Of a DNA stretch of 64,000 nucleotides, positions 12,936 through 25,059 are shown one piece after another (positions within the stretch are counted from its first letter, which is position 1; each line of letters starts with the position of its first letter). The notes beneath the pieces are model-generated. The model was not told the origin of the DNA and ran no database searches. It saw only the letters and a list, made by a program, of their open reading frames with translations. The position numbers and the translations under genes are program-made. Source of the stretch: Mobula hypostoma (taxonomy: Eukaryota); the NCBI RefSeq assembly GCF_963921235.1, contig NC_086097.1, positions 24,926,001-24,990,000 of the forward strand, written 5' to 3'.

Positions 12936-14941
12936 GAAGATAACTCAGGAAGGCCAAGCACCAGCTGCAGTTCAGGCGAATCAACCAGACAGAGAGAGAG
13001 AGCTGTTCCTTATGGGTAGAGGGTTTCTGTAGGAAGATGGCTCTTGCTGTTGCCCAGAGGTCAACCATCCAGGGACTAGACATCAGTAATTTATCTCAAT
13101 TGCTGAGTGCGAACTCTCCATTTCTGAGCCAGAGGGATATTCATGAGATTCCCAGCTGCCCCAGAGTCAATAAATACCTGAAGCTCATGGGTCTGAGACC
13201 CCGCCCCCCAACAACAAGGAAGCTGGGAGCATCACACAATTAAGGGAAGGTGCTCGCAGGGAGAACTGACCCATCAGAACTCCACTTCCTGCTGATGGGT
13301 ATCCTGCTTAGCTGGGTGCTTTGGACATGAAGCCCGGAAGTGTCCTGGATTGCCACAACAGAGGCAGAAACCTGTTCTTCTGCATCAAACAAGTTCCTCC
13401 TGAAATAGGCACACGTACCCACCTACATAGGCTTCTCTGTGGACCGGGTGCTGGGTGATGAGGGAAAGGGTGAAGACAGGCGGTGATCCAAGGAGTAGGA
13501 AGCTCAAGATACCTTTTCCCTACGCCACTCAGTTGTCCAATTAGCAACTTAAATGGCCAGATCAATCAAGTCATGCAGGCTGTCCTGCTTGTCACGTGCT
13601 GCAGTCCCGTGCTGGACCCTACATGAGGCATCTCTTGTTCCACCCTGTCTCCACTGCAAGTGTGTGGAACTTTACTGCATAGTCCCTCACTGTCCTTCTA
13701 CATTAGTGCAGGTCCAGGAATCAGTGGACAGCCTCCTGACCTCGTACTGGAAGATCAAAAACTCTTTTGAACTGGACAACAAATTGCCAAAACAACTGGG
13801 CAGCAGGGAAAGCCTTGATCCATGGGATGTTGAACGTGCAGAGAGGATGTACGTCTAAGAAGCTCACTATGTACACCATTTTATCCACATCATCACCAAA
13901 CCAGGCCAGGCTTGGAAAGTCAGCTCGCACTGGGTGATAAAATTCCTGTAGCTGTCGGAGTCACTGGAATATTCACCTAGCGGAGGAATACTCAGTTTTG
14001 GTCCAGACATATATATAGGAGTCAGAGCACTAGTGGCCAAGGTTGATGAGGCTATTGAAGAGGAGGCTGAGACAGATGCTGGGGGAGGGATCGCTATGGC
14101 AAAAGGCTACTGAATTGCATTTGCGAGAGCGGTAATGGCTGTCACCTGACTCTGGCCGTCAGTACAGCCATGAGAGGAGTAATGCCTGCCACCTGATCCC
14201 AGTTGTCTGCAGGAAGTTGCTGAACTGTCGCTGCAAGAGCCGATACCTGTACTTCCAGCTGGGACTAGCCTTGCCACTTTGACAGCAGCTGTCGCATTGA
14301 CTCCAGCTGTGTGACAGACATCAGCCAATCCCTCTTCTACTGATTTTAGCTTCTCCTCTACACATTTCAGTTTGGACTGGGCTTGTCGTTCTAGAGTATC
14401 CGTCACACCTGCTACAATGCAATTTCAACCGACTGAAACTTATCCCCTATCAGGCCAATGAATGTCAGGGCCAAGATCGGTTGTTCCCTCTCCACTGAGT
14501 CCATTTTCTGTGGTCAAGACTTGTTGACTGAATGTGCAGTTATGTCCCAAAGTGCCAAGAGAGACACTGAAGCGGATCAGCTTAAATGGGAACTATGCAG
14601 AAATCGAGAGGGAGAAAAACAATAAACACTAAGCTGACAGGGCTGTTAAATAGAACTGTTAAACCAGGGCTAACAGCGATATAGCAGCTCAACTATAACA
14701 GATTAATACTGAATAAATACCGTTCCTTAACAGTGTCAGGATAAGTGGTGATCTTCTTTCCCAGAACCAGAACATCTGTAAGTAGTGAGAGTAGATGTTG
14801 CTCTGCTTTTGGTCAAATCTTAACAAGACTGAAATGAGAGGAAGGGAGTTAAATACCACTACAGTGAAACACTAATTGGCTGAAACATGCCTATTCATGA
14901 ACATAATTACCAAATCTGTTCCACAGCCCAACTGCAAGAGT

Positions 14942-16000
14942 GAATTGTATTGAATTGAATTGACTTTATTTCTTACATCCTTCACATCCGTGAGGAGTAA
15001 AAACTTTACGTTATGTCTCCATCTGAATGTGTAATGTGCAAATTATAGTAATTTGTAATAAATAGTATGTACAGTAAGATATAGAACAGAACAGTCAATA
15101 TAGCTTAGAATTACAATTAGACCATAAGATCACAAGATATAGGAGCAGAAGTAGGACGTTCGGCCCATCGAGTCTGCTCAGCCATTCAATCATGGGCTGA
15201 TCCAATTCTTCCAGTCATCCCTATTTCTCTACCTTCTCCCCATACCCTTTGATGCCCTGGCTAAGTTGTATCAGCCTGGTGGATGAAGCTGTCCTGGAGC
15301 CTGTTGTATATGGTTATAATGCTGCGGTACCGTTTCCCGGGTGGTAGCAGCTGCAATAGTTTGTGGCTGGGGTGACTCGGGTCCCCAGTGATCTTCAGGC
15401 CCTTTTTATGCACCTCTTGTTGTAGGTGTCCTGAATAGTGGAAAGTTCACATCTACAGATGTGCTGGGCTGTCCGCACTACTCTGCAGTGTCCTGTGATT
15501 GAGGGAATTACAGTGCCCATACCGGGCAGATATACAGCCAGACAGGATGCTTTCAATTGTGCCCTCGTAGGAAGTCCTTAGGATTTGGGACTCGTACCAT
15601 ACTTCTTCAACTGTCTGAGGTGAAAGAGGCGTTGTGCTTTTTTCACCACACAGCCGGGATGCACAGACAATGTGAGGTCCTAGGTGAGGTAGATGCAGAT
15701 GGAACTTAAAACTGTTCACCCTCAACCCCAGATCCATTGATGTCAATAGGGGTGAGCCTGTCTCCATTCCTCCTGTAAAATCCACAACCAGCTCCTTTGT
15801 TTTTGCGACATTGAGGGAGAGGTTTTCTTGGCACCACTGTGTCAGGGTGATGACTGCTTCTCTGCAGGCTGCATCGTTATTATTTGAGATAAGCCCAATC
15901 AAAGTAGTTATCATCTGCAAATTTAATTAGCAGATTGGAGCTGTGGGTGGCGACACAGTCATGGGTGTACAGAGAGTAAAGGAGGAGGCTTAGGACACAA
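14942..16000 (-). mobile_element. Rex1/Babar-type LINE RT 3' part
   Basis: ORF 15453-15920 TTLIGLISNN..WCQENLSLNVAKTKELVVDF..TIESILSGCI; (ATTGA)n tail at 14942-14965; CR1 tail piece nested at ~15120-15263. Confidence 0.88.
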
Positions 16001-16039
16001 CCTGAGCAGAGTCTGTGATTGTGACAGCCACTTTTACTC

Positions 16040-16215
16040 GGTTCCCCTCTCCCCACCTCACTCTGGCTCTGCCTTCTTCCTTTCCAATCCTGATGAACAG
16101 TCTCATTCTAAAACATCGACTGCTCATTCTCCTCCATAGATGCTGCCTGATTTGCTGAATTCCTCCAGCATTATGTGTATGTGCTTTTCTCATCTGCAGA
16201 ATTTTTTGTATTTAT
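16040..16215 (+). mobile_element. Penelope pseudo-LTR fragment with degenerate hammerhead core
   Basis: tcctgatgaacagtctcattctaaaacatcgactg..atagatgctgcctga. Confidence 0.75.
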
Positions 16216-16589
16216 TATCCCTGCTTTCTCAAATTTTAGATTAAGGCATTTCAGTGGGGCAGGGATTAAATTCAGGGATGTGCAAGGAACCAAATTTGGA
16301 AAAGCATGAAGTGCTCAAAAGTTTGTGCAGCTGGAGGAGATTACAGAGAGAGGGAAAGGGAGGGGCGTGGATACAGGTCTGGGAATTTCGAAGGGAAGCA
16401 AGAGATGAAGAGGAAGTGAGTGTGGATTTGGAAGCACAAATCGTGGTTGGGGATTAATATCACATGGAGACAGCCTTTTGTTTCCGAGACTGAAGATGTA
16501 TTTAGTTATAGGAGGCATCAAAAATCGATATAAAACTGCAGATGCTGAAAATCTGAGATAAAATCAGGAAATGCTGGGAAGGTCAGGAT

Positions 16590-17005
16590 ATTAGGGACTT
16601 CTAAGAGACTATTGGATAGGCACATGAATGAACAAAAAAATGGAGGACAATGAGGGAGGAAAGGGTTAGATTACTCTTGGAGTAGGTTAAAAGGTCACCA
16701 CAATATCATGGGTTCTATGCCCCCTAGAATGTGATATTTCCACCCTGGGATACTTACCCTAGTTGTGCCTCATAATTTTATAAATTCCGTCAGCCTCCAA
16801 AGCCCCAGAGACAACAATCCAAGTCTATCCAACCTCTCCTTAAGTTAAATACCCACTAATCCAGGCAGCATCCTGGCGAACTTTTTCTGCACCCTCTCCA
16901 AAACTTTCATGTATTTCCTGTAGCAGGAGGAATGATTTGCTCACAATACATCAAGTGCAGTCTAAACAAAGTTTTATACAGATGTAACATGACTTCCTGA
17001 TTCTT
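16590..17005. mobile_element. Two short CR1 fragments in opposite orientation
   Basis: Plus-strand 3' UTR 16590-16720; minus-strand RT C-terminus 16720-17005. Confidence 0.65.
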
Positions 17006-17059
17006 ACAATTAGTGGCCACTTTATTAGGTACACCTGTACACCTGCTCATTAATGCAAA

Positions 17060-17483
17060 TACAAAGTACAAAGTAAGTTATATTATCAAAGTATTTATAT
17101 GTCACCACTTACAACCCTGAGATTAATTTTCCTGTGAGCACACTCAGCAAATCTACAAAATAGTAACTATAAAAGGATCAATGAAAGATCAACCATTAGA
17201 CAAATAAATAACGAGAACATGAAATAACAAAATAAAGAGTCCTTAAGTTGAGATCATTGGCCATGGGAACATCCCAATGGATGGGCAAGTGAGTGTAGTT
17301 ATCCCCTTTTGTTCAAGAGTCTGATGGTTACGGGGTAGTGACTGTTCTTGAACCTGGTGGTGCATGTCCTGAGGCTCTTGTACCTTCTACCTGACAGCAA
17401 CAGTGAGAGAAGAGCATGGGTTGGTTGGTGAGGATCTCTGATGGTGGCTGCTGCTTTCCATTTCATGTGGATGTGCTCGATGG
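17060..17483 (-). mobile_element. Rex1-type 3' end nested in Tc1
   Basis: ORF 17299-17514 SGRRYKSLRTCTTRFKNSHYPVTIRLLN plus UTR. Confidence 0.85.
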
Positions 17484-17681
17484 TAATCAGCCGGTCAGTT
17501 GGCAGCAACACCACGCATATGCAGACATAGTTAGATGTTTAGTTTTTGTTCAGACCAAACGTCAGAAAGGGGGAGGAATATGATCTAAGTGACTTTGACT
17601 GTGAAATGATTGTTGGTGGCAGATGGGGTAGTTTGGAGATGTCAGAAACAGCTGATCGCCTGGGATTTTCATGCCGTACAG

Positions 17682-18018
17682 TCAGAATCAAAATCAGAAT
17701 CAGATTTAATATCATCAGCATACTGTATGTCATGAGATTTGTCGATTTTGTGGCAGATGTATAATGCAACACATAATAATAAAGAACTGTAAATTACAGT
17801 AACTACTATATAAAATAGTTAAATTAAATAAATAGAACACAAAATAGAAACTTTAAAAAGTAGTGACATAGTGTTCATGAGTGCAATGTCCATTCAGAAA
17901 TCTGATGGCAGAGGGGAAGAAGATGATCCTGAATTGTTGAGTGGGTGCCTTCAAGCTTCTGTACCTCCTTCTTGACAGTAGAAATGAGAACAAGGTATGA
18001 CCTGACTGTCAGGGAGTC
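17682..18018 (-). mobile_element. Rex1-type 3' end with (AATCAG)n tail, nested in Tc1
   Basis: tcagaatcaaaatcagaatcagatttaat tail; antisense RRYRSLKAP..FRIIFFP. Confidence 0.75.
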
Positions 18019-18019
18019 C

Positions 18020-18360
18020 TTAACCCTTACATACTGTTCGGGTCAAATTTGACCCATTTTGACATTTAACAGCAGTAAAAATACTCTAAATGCCATTTTA
18101 TAGCCAAAATTTGATGACTTTTCCTAAAGTGAACCAACATGTGCAAAAATGAAAATATTTAAAAATTTTATACTTTTGTACAGGTGCTACAAATTTTTGT
18201 ACATTGAGGCTGTTCCAGGTCAAATTTGACCTGTATTTATTGAAATGGATTTTAGATCTCTGAAACATTAATTAAGGATTAATCACCCATTTATTAATGT
18301 CAGGTAGGCTATTTATACATTCTAAGTAGATCTGTGGTTCAAAATTTGGTATAGACACTT
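18020..18360. mobile_element. piggyBac-like non-autonomous element, one end only
   Basis: TTAA followed by CCCT terminus; subterminal palindrome GGGTCAAATTTGACCC, repeated at ~18217-18231. Confidence 0.6.
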
Positions 18361-18669
18361 GAAGATGTCTCTGGAGTTTACAGAGAATTGTTAAAAAAAT
18401 AAAACATCCAGTGAGCAGCAGTTCTGTGGGTGATAATGCCTTGTTAGTAAGGGAGTTCAGAGGAGGATGGCCAGACTGGTTCAAGCTGACAGGAAGACAA
18501 CAATAACTCAAACTAACTATGTGTTACAACAGTGGTGTGCAGAAGAGCATCTCTGAATGCACAACACGTTGAACCTTGAAGTGGATGGTACAGCAGCAGA
18601 TGACCACAAACAATCACTCACTGGTTACTGTATTAGGTATTGGAGGTACCTAAGTGTATGCTATATGGA

Positions 18670-19445
18670 TGACAAGATTTTTTAAGTGTATACTCAATGC
18701 CCTGACCAGTGAAGACACTTGCCACTTGCAGGGGGCTTTGGACCCCAAAATCCCTCTGTATATCAATGCTCTTAAGGATCCTGCCATTTACTGCATCCAC
18801 TCCCCTTACATTGGACCTCCCAAAGTGTAAGACCTCACACCTGCCTAGATTAAACTCCAAACGTCATCATTGTGCTTGCCATGTTAATAACACCATTTCA
18901 GTAATTCCACAATACTGTCATCCCTTACACCAAAAGTCATACTGATGTACCCCGTAACACAGTGCAGAAGACTGGTTTGTCGAGATGCAATCAAAATCAA
19001 TCAAACTGAAGGGAAGTAAGGTTGAAAGAATATATAAGCTTAAAAGAGTGCAGAGAAAACTTACAAGGATATTGCTCGTAAATGATGAGAAGTTGAATTA
19101 GTTAGGGCTTTCTTCCCTGGAGCATAGGAGAATGAAGGGGGAGGTCTTATAGAGCTATACAAAATTATGAGGGATATAGTTAGGGTAAATGCATGTGGGC
19201 TGTCTCCCTTCGGGCTAAGTGAGTCTTGAACTCAAGGTTATAGGTTTAGGATGAAAAGTGAAATGTTTAAGGGGAACCTGAGGAGGAACTTCTTCACTCA
19301 GACTGTGGTGCGAGTTTGGAATGAGCTGCCAGTGGAAGTGGCAGGTGCAAGTTCAACTATAACATTTAAGGGAAGTTGGATAGATACATGGATGAGAGAA
19401 GTGTGAAAGGCTGTAATTCAGATGCAGTTAGATGGGACTAGGCTA
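18670..19445. mobile_element. CR1 fragments (minus 18670-18860; plus 19020-19445)
   Basis: MEFNLGRCEVLHFGRSN; LGLSSLEHRRM..NFFTQTVV. Confidence 0.8.
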
Positions 19446-20309
19446 TAATTTAGATTCAGATTTAGATTAATTTATCATATATACATTGAGATATACAGTG
19501 GAATACATCATCTGAGTTAACAACCAACGTATCCAAGATATGGTGGGGGCAGCCCACAAGTGTCGTCACATGGTCCGGTGGCACTACTTTCAACAGAACA
19601 CAAATAACAAAGCAACAACAGCAAACCAAAACCCGTTCCTCCCTCTCATCCACTCACACACATGCACTGTCCTTTAATCCTAGGACAGGTCATCTTCTTC
19701 AGCCTCCAGCAGACTCATGGATATGCATGGACCAGTTGGGCCGAAGGGCCTATTTCTATGATGTAATGCTCTATGACTCTATGATTGGAACAATGGAACA
19801 ATTGTCCATCCAGAGACGTTTCAGGAGCAGTCTTCCCCTGGGCATGCAGGTGAGAACCAGCGTAGTGCAAGACCTCTCCCATTGGCTGGTGGGGCGCACA
19901 GGACAGCACTGACAGCCAGTGAGCACACACCCCACTCTTTTAACCACCCATTGAAGCTGTCACTTAACTTGAACATTGGTGAGCATTGAATGTCTCTGAC
20001 AATTGCCCACATGCCAAAAACATCTGGAAAGAAGTAAAAAGAATTCAAGTCAAATTATTCAAATTAATTCAAATTTTTCTCTGACAAGACACATACATAC
20101 ACTTAAAGCAATTAAGTGTATTTAAATTATCTGAATTAAATTGAATGAAACATTTAAGAAGTATCTGTGATCAAAATCCAATAAATGGGATTAGCATCAA
20201 TGCCTATTCGATGGTCACCATGGATGTAATGGGCCAAACGGCCTTTTTCTATGCTATGTGGCTATGTGGCTTAATGCATAAAAAGATCTGTTTTTCCTCA
20301 TTTGAGCTC

Positions 20310-20935
20310 CCTCTTTCCATTGGTTTAGATGGGGCAATTTTACTTAATTTCCCCTCCCTTTATTCCTGCCCTCCTTCCCTCCTCTTCTAACTCCTCCTCC
20401 CTTCCTCCTCCTCCTCTTCCCTCCTTCCCTTTACTTCCTCTCCTCATCTCCCCTCCTTCTTTCTACCTCCTCTCTCTTCCTTCTCTTTCTCTCTAAGCCC
20501 ACCTCCTACTCTCCTCCTCTTTCCTGCCTCCTCATACTCTCCCTTCCTCCTCTTTACCTCTTCTCCCTGCTCATTTTCTCATGTCCCTTCCTCCTTTCTA
20601 CCTCCTTTCCTAACCTCCTCCAACTGCTCACCTCACTCTTCGACTCTTCCTTCCTCCTCTTCTTTACCTCCTCTTCTCCTTTTTACCTCCTCCCCTCCTC
20701 TTCCCCTCTCCTTCCTCCACCTTCCCCTCCTTCTCCTCCACTGCCACCCCTCCTCACCACTTCTTCCACTGCTTCTCCACTCCTCTCCTAATTCCTCCTC
20801 CTTCTCTCCCCTCCTACTCATTGTTACCACTTCTCCTCTGCCTCCTTTCCTCCTCCTCTTCTTCTCCACCTCCACCTCTCTAACTCCTTATCTCATCCTA
20901 TCCTCCTCCTCAATGCATTTTCCTCCTCCTTTCCT
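20310..20935 (+). repeat. Long polypyrimidine (CT/CCT-rich) low-complexity tract
   Basis: ~620 bp almost without G on the plus strand. Confidence 0.95.
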
Positions 20936-22142
20936 GGCTGAAAGAAGATCATAGTTGGGAGGTTAACATCGAAGGATACACGTTGTACCAAAAGGACAGG
21001 CAAGTAGGGAGAGTGGGGTACGGTGACTCCTTTGGTAAGAAATAAAATCAAATCCTTTGAAAGAGGTGACACAGGATCGGAAAATCAGAATCCTTGAATG
21101 GTGGTGCTGGCTCAATGGGCTGAATGGCCTACTCCTGCACTGATTGTCTATTGTCTATTGTCTACTGTCTTGTGGGTAGAATTAAGAAACTACGAAGATA
21201 AAAATATCCGGATGGGAGTGAAATACAGGCCTCCCAACGTTAGCCAGGGTGTGGGCTATAGATTACAACGGGAGATAGAAAAGGAATGCAAAAAGGGCAA
21301 CGTTATAATAGTAAATTCAGTGTGCAGGCTCATTGGGTAAATCAGACTTCACTGTGAAAGACACTAACGGTATGCCAGAAATTTGAGAGTGGCAGAGGAC
21401 AGAAGTGGGTGCAGTTGCTGTTACTAAGGAAAATGTGCTTGGGAAGCTGAAAGATCTGAATATAGTTAAGTCACCTTGGACCAGATGGACAACACTCCAG
21501 CATTCTGGAAGAGCTGGCTGAAGAGATTGTGGACACATTAGTAGTAATGTTTCAAGAATCACCAGATTTAAGGAATGGTTTCAGAGAACTGGAAAATTGC
21601 ATATGTCGCTCCACTCTTTAAGAAATTGTGGAGGCAAAAGAAAGGAAATTTAGGCCAGTTGCCTAACTTTAGTGATTGGGAAGATGTTGGATTCCAAAAT
21701 TAAGGATGAGATTTTGGGGTACTTAGAGGAACATGATAAAAATAGACCAAAGAAATCTTGCCTACAAATCTGTTGGAATTCTTTGAGGAAATAACAGGCA
21801 GGATAAACAAAGGAGAGTCAATAGATATTGTTACTTGAATTTTCAGAAGGTCTTTGATAAGCTGCCATACATGAGGCTCGTAAACAAGATAGGAGCACAC
21901 AGTGGCCATTTGCAAGCAAGACTAAGTAAGCTAGGTGGAGGGGCAAATTAGGAGAATAGGCAAAGAAGTGACAGACGGAATATAGTGTAGGGAAATACAT
22001 GATCATGCACTTTAGTAGAAGGAATAAAGGTGTGGACTATTTTCTTAACAAGGAGAAAATTAAGAAATCAGAAATGCAAAGGGACTTGGGAGTCCTTACG
22101 CAGGATATCCTAAAGGCTCGCTGGCAGGGAAAGCAAATGCAA

Positions 22143-22563
22143 TCAACAGACACAAAATGCTGGAGGAACTCAGCAGGCCAGGCAGCATCTATGGATAAAA
22201 GTACAGTTGACGTTTCACTGAGGAGTAGATTTGAAAGATTCATCACCTCCCTCTGGTGCTCCTCCCTGCCCCCCCCCCTTCTTCTTTCTTCCATGGCCTT
22301 CTGTCTCTTTCACCACTCAACTTCTTAGGTCTTTGCTTCATCCCTCCCCCTCCAAGTTTCACCTATTGCCTGGCGTTTCTCTCTCCCCTCCCCTCACCTT
22401 TTAAATCTACTCAGCTTTTTCTCTCCAGTCCTGATGAAGGGTTTTGGCCCAAAACGTCGACTGGACTTTTATCGATAGCTGCTGCCTGGCCTGCTGAGTT
22501 TCTCCAGTATTTTGTGTGTGTGTTGCTCGGATTTCCAGCATCTGCAGATTTTCTCTTGTTTGT
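22143..22563 (+). mobile_element. Penelope-derived non-coding insertion with inverted 5' segment and 13-bp TSD
   Basis: TSD aaagcaaatgcaa at 22130-22142 and 22564-22576; 22143-22216 is an inverted copy of ~22450-22525. Confidence 0.9.
22426..22463 (+). ncRNA. Minimal type I hammerhead ribozyme motif (GAAA mutated to AAAA)
   Basis: CAGTC-CTGATGA-AGGGTTTTGGCCC-AAAAC-GTC-GACTG; stem I CAGTC/GACTG. Confidence 0.65.
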
Positions 22564-23239
22564 AAAGCAAATGCAACGTTAGCTTTCATTTCAAGAGAAC
22601 TAGAATGTAAAAGCAAGGTTGTAATGCTGAAGCCATATAAAGCATTGGTCTTATAAATCTGAGTCTTTATAAGATCAAGACACTTGGAATATTGTAAGCA
22701 ATTTTAGGCCCCGTATCTAAGAACAGATGTGCTGGCATTGGAGAAGGTCCAGTGGAAGTTCATGTGAATGATTCCAGGAATGAAAGGATTAACGTATGAG
22801 GAATGTTTGATTACTCTGGGCCTGTACCCTCAGGAGTTTAGAAGAATGGGGGGTGGGGGGGGGAATCTTATTGAAACCTGTTGAATATTGAAAGTGGAAG
22901 TGAAGAGGATGTTTCCTGTGGTGGCAAAGTTTAGGACCAGAGGGCACAGTCTCGGAACAGAGGGATATCCATTTAGAACAAAGATGAGGAGATATTTATT
23001 TAGCTAGGGAGTGGTGAATCTGTGCAATTCATTGCCTCAGACGGCTATGGAGGCCAAGTCATTGAGTATATTTAAAGAAGAGGTTGATAGGTTCTTGCTT
23101 AGTAAGGGTGTCAATGGTTACGGGGAAAAAGGTTAAGAATGGGGTTAAATCATCCACGATAAAATGGCGGAGCAGATTCAGCAGGCTAAATGGCCTAATT
23201 ATGCTCTTATGTCTTATGGACTTCTAGACTAACATCTTT

Positions 23240-23610
23240 CACCCCCTCCCTCTCTCCTCCCCTCTGGCTGTCCTCCTCTCCCCTCTTCCTACTCTCAACC
23301 TCCTCTCTATTTCCTCACCCCTCCTCTCCCCTCCTCCTGCCTTCTATCTCCTCTCCTTGTTCTATTCACCTCTTTCTCCTCTCTATCTTCTCCCCTTCTC
23401 CTCCTCTGTTTTTCCTGCCCCCTACCTTACCCCCCTCCCATCCCTTCCCTCCAACATGCCCTCCATCCATTCTTCACTCACCATCCCTTCCTGGCAGGGC
23501 CCCATATCCTCTTTCAACACATTCTCTCCTCTCCTCTCCTTCCTCCCACCCCCCCCCCACGTATCCTCCCTTGCCCCACCCCTTTTTCCCTGTCTACCCT
23601 CTTCATCCCA
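23240..23610 (+). repeat. Polypyrimidine low-complexity tract
   Basis: CT-rich; continues at ~23850-23915 after the solo LTR. Confidence 0.9.
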
Positions 23611-23619
23611 GGTTCTGCT

Positions 23620-23846
23620 TGAAGCACCTTCAATTACTCCAAAAGACTGAGGTTTGGTAAAATACTGAAAGGCTTTTATTCGCTGTACAGTATGACCTCC
23701 ACAGTGAGTGTCTGCCCCGGACTGAGGGGGAGGGGCAAGGCGAACACCTTTATACAGGACTCTGTGGGAGGAGCCATGGGGCAGTCAGCAGAAGGGTGTG
23801 TCCAGACAGGCAACCCAGTTACAACATATATACATGGTTTACCACA
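23620..23846 (-). mobile_element. Solo LTR (227 bp)
   Basis: TG..CA ends; 5-bp TSD ctgct (23615-23619, 23847-23851); TATAAA and AATAAA on the minus strand. Confidence 0.85.
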
Positions 23847-24309
23847 CTGCTCCTCCCATCCTCCATCTTCCTTCTCCCCTCAGTTGCTCCCCCTACCCTC
23901 CTACATCCTTTCTCAGCACAACAGGCCTCCCCTCAATGAGTTCTGTGACTGCAGGCCCCGTTACCATGGTGATCTGTCCAGGCTGCTTCACCGCTTAAAA
24001 CTCATTAAAGTGTGGGGACCTGAATGTCCAGGGATATCAAATGCAATTTTTAAAATTAATACATATTCAAATAAAATTTTGAAGATATTTTACAGGAAAA
24101 GTTAAACCACACCAGCTGGTGTTAACGTAGAACAAGTGAAGCACAAGGACAGTCTTCTCAGCCCAGTATGCCTGTGCCGACCATTATACCGAACCAAGCT
24201 GATCCCGTCTGCCCGCACACGAGCCATATACCCCCCCACCCCACCCCCTGTCCTTTCCCTGATTGTCCTTGTGCCTGGCTAAGTGCCTTTTAAACATTGG
24301 TATTGTAAA

Positions 24310-24805
24310 TACAAGAGATTCTGCAGATGCTGGAAATCCAGAATAACGCACACAAAATGCTGGAGGAACTCAGCAGGTCAGGCAGCATCTATGTTGGTGT
24401 TTTGGGTCAAGACCCTTCTATTGCTATTGTCTCAGCTTTTAAGCAGTTCCCTGGCAATAGGTTCCAGTTACTTATCACTCCCTTTGCAAACAACATTGAA
24501 ATGCATTTCCTTTATACTTTCATTTTCTCAGCTTAATTGAATGCCCTTTAGTATTAGATATTTCCATCCTGGGAAACAGTCTCTGATTATCTACTCTATC
24601 TTTGCCTCTCAGAATTTAATACTCTTCTATCAGATCTCCCCTCAGCCTCTGATGTTCCAGAGGAAACAACCCATGTTTATCCAAAATGCCCTCATAGCTC
24701 ATACCCTCTAATCAAGGTAGCATCCTGGCAAATCTCTCCTGCATTTTGTCTAGAACCTCCACATCCTTCCTAGAATGGGACAGCCCAAAAGGCACACAAT
24801 ACAGA
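24310..24805 (-). mobile_element. Penelope pLTR piece (24310-24420) and CR1 3' fragment (24430-24805)
   Basis: ctgcagatgctggaaatcc..ggcagcatctat; antisense RKDVEVLDKMQERFARMLP. Confidence 0.75.
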
Positions 24806-25059
24806 CCAGGAAACACATACTGTTTCGACAACATGGGATAGCCTACGTCACAGACAGAAAGAAGCTTCTCCGAGTTACAATTGACCAGATACTGTAAGTG
24901 GAGAGTAGTTTGCCAAACACACTTGTGCTCTGGAGTTGGGTTTTCAGGGGTTGTCATGGGATACCCAGCATTGTGACTGACTAAAACTAAGGCCACATGG
25001 AAGCTGTAACTGGAAAATAGAAAAGTCTTATACAATTTATAAGCCTTACATGCATCTTA

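Larger units (their letters stand above)
10520..14930 (-). mobile_element. Decayed Gypsy/Ty3 (sushi/Tf2-like) LTR retrotransposon, interrupted
   Basis: gag FKRVFDLPVRGQEA (13721-13930); zinc knuckle CLCCGNPGHFRASCP (~13320-13365); protease IDSGAAGN (~13150-13175); LMGFTNFYCHFIRNFS (11768-11983); integrase LVVVDQFSKAVHF (~11170-11210). The LTR boundary near 14540-14930 is uncertain. Confidence 0.85.
17008..18660 (+). mobile_element. Tc1-derived non-autonomous DNA transposon, interrupted by three insertions
   Basis: Terminus agtggccactttattaggtacacc; transposase HTH pieces DLSDFDCEMIVGGR..SETADRLGFS (17546-17680) and RRMARLVQADRK..YNSGVQKSISECTTR (18460-18570). Confidence 0.8.
20936..23225 (+). 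mobile_element. Internally deleted CR1 ORF2 with 3' end
   Basis: APE LWVELRN..YRPPN; RT pieces; cttatgtcttatgg tail; short CR1 tail inserted at ~21097-21165. Confidence 0.88.

Noticed and set aside
14107..14406. Coiled-coil ORF MTDTLERQ..
   Set aside because: Lies at the N-terminal gag position of the sushi-like Gypsy
19790..19890. Minus-strand reading LLLKRLWMDNCSI resembling an LRR
   Set aside because: Single short motif running into a CR1 tail, with no donor site or further repeats
20633..20875. R/G/E-rich ORF, and S/P/L-rich ORFs at 23357-23650, 50429-50935 and 52712-53005
   Set aside because: Translations of pyrimidine/purine low-complexity tracts
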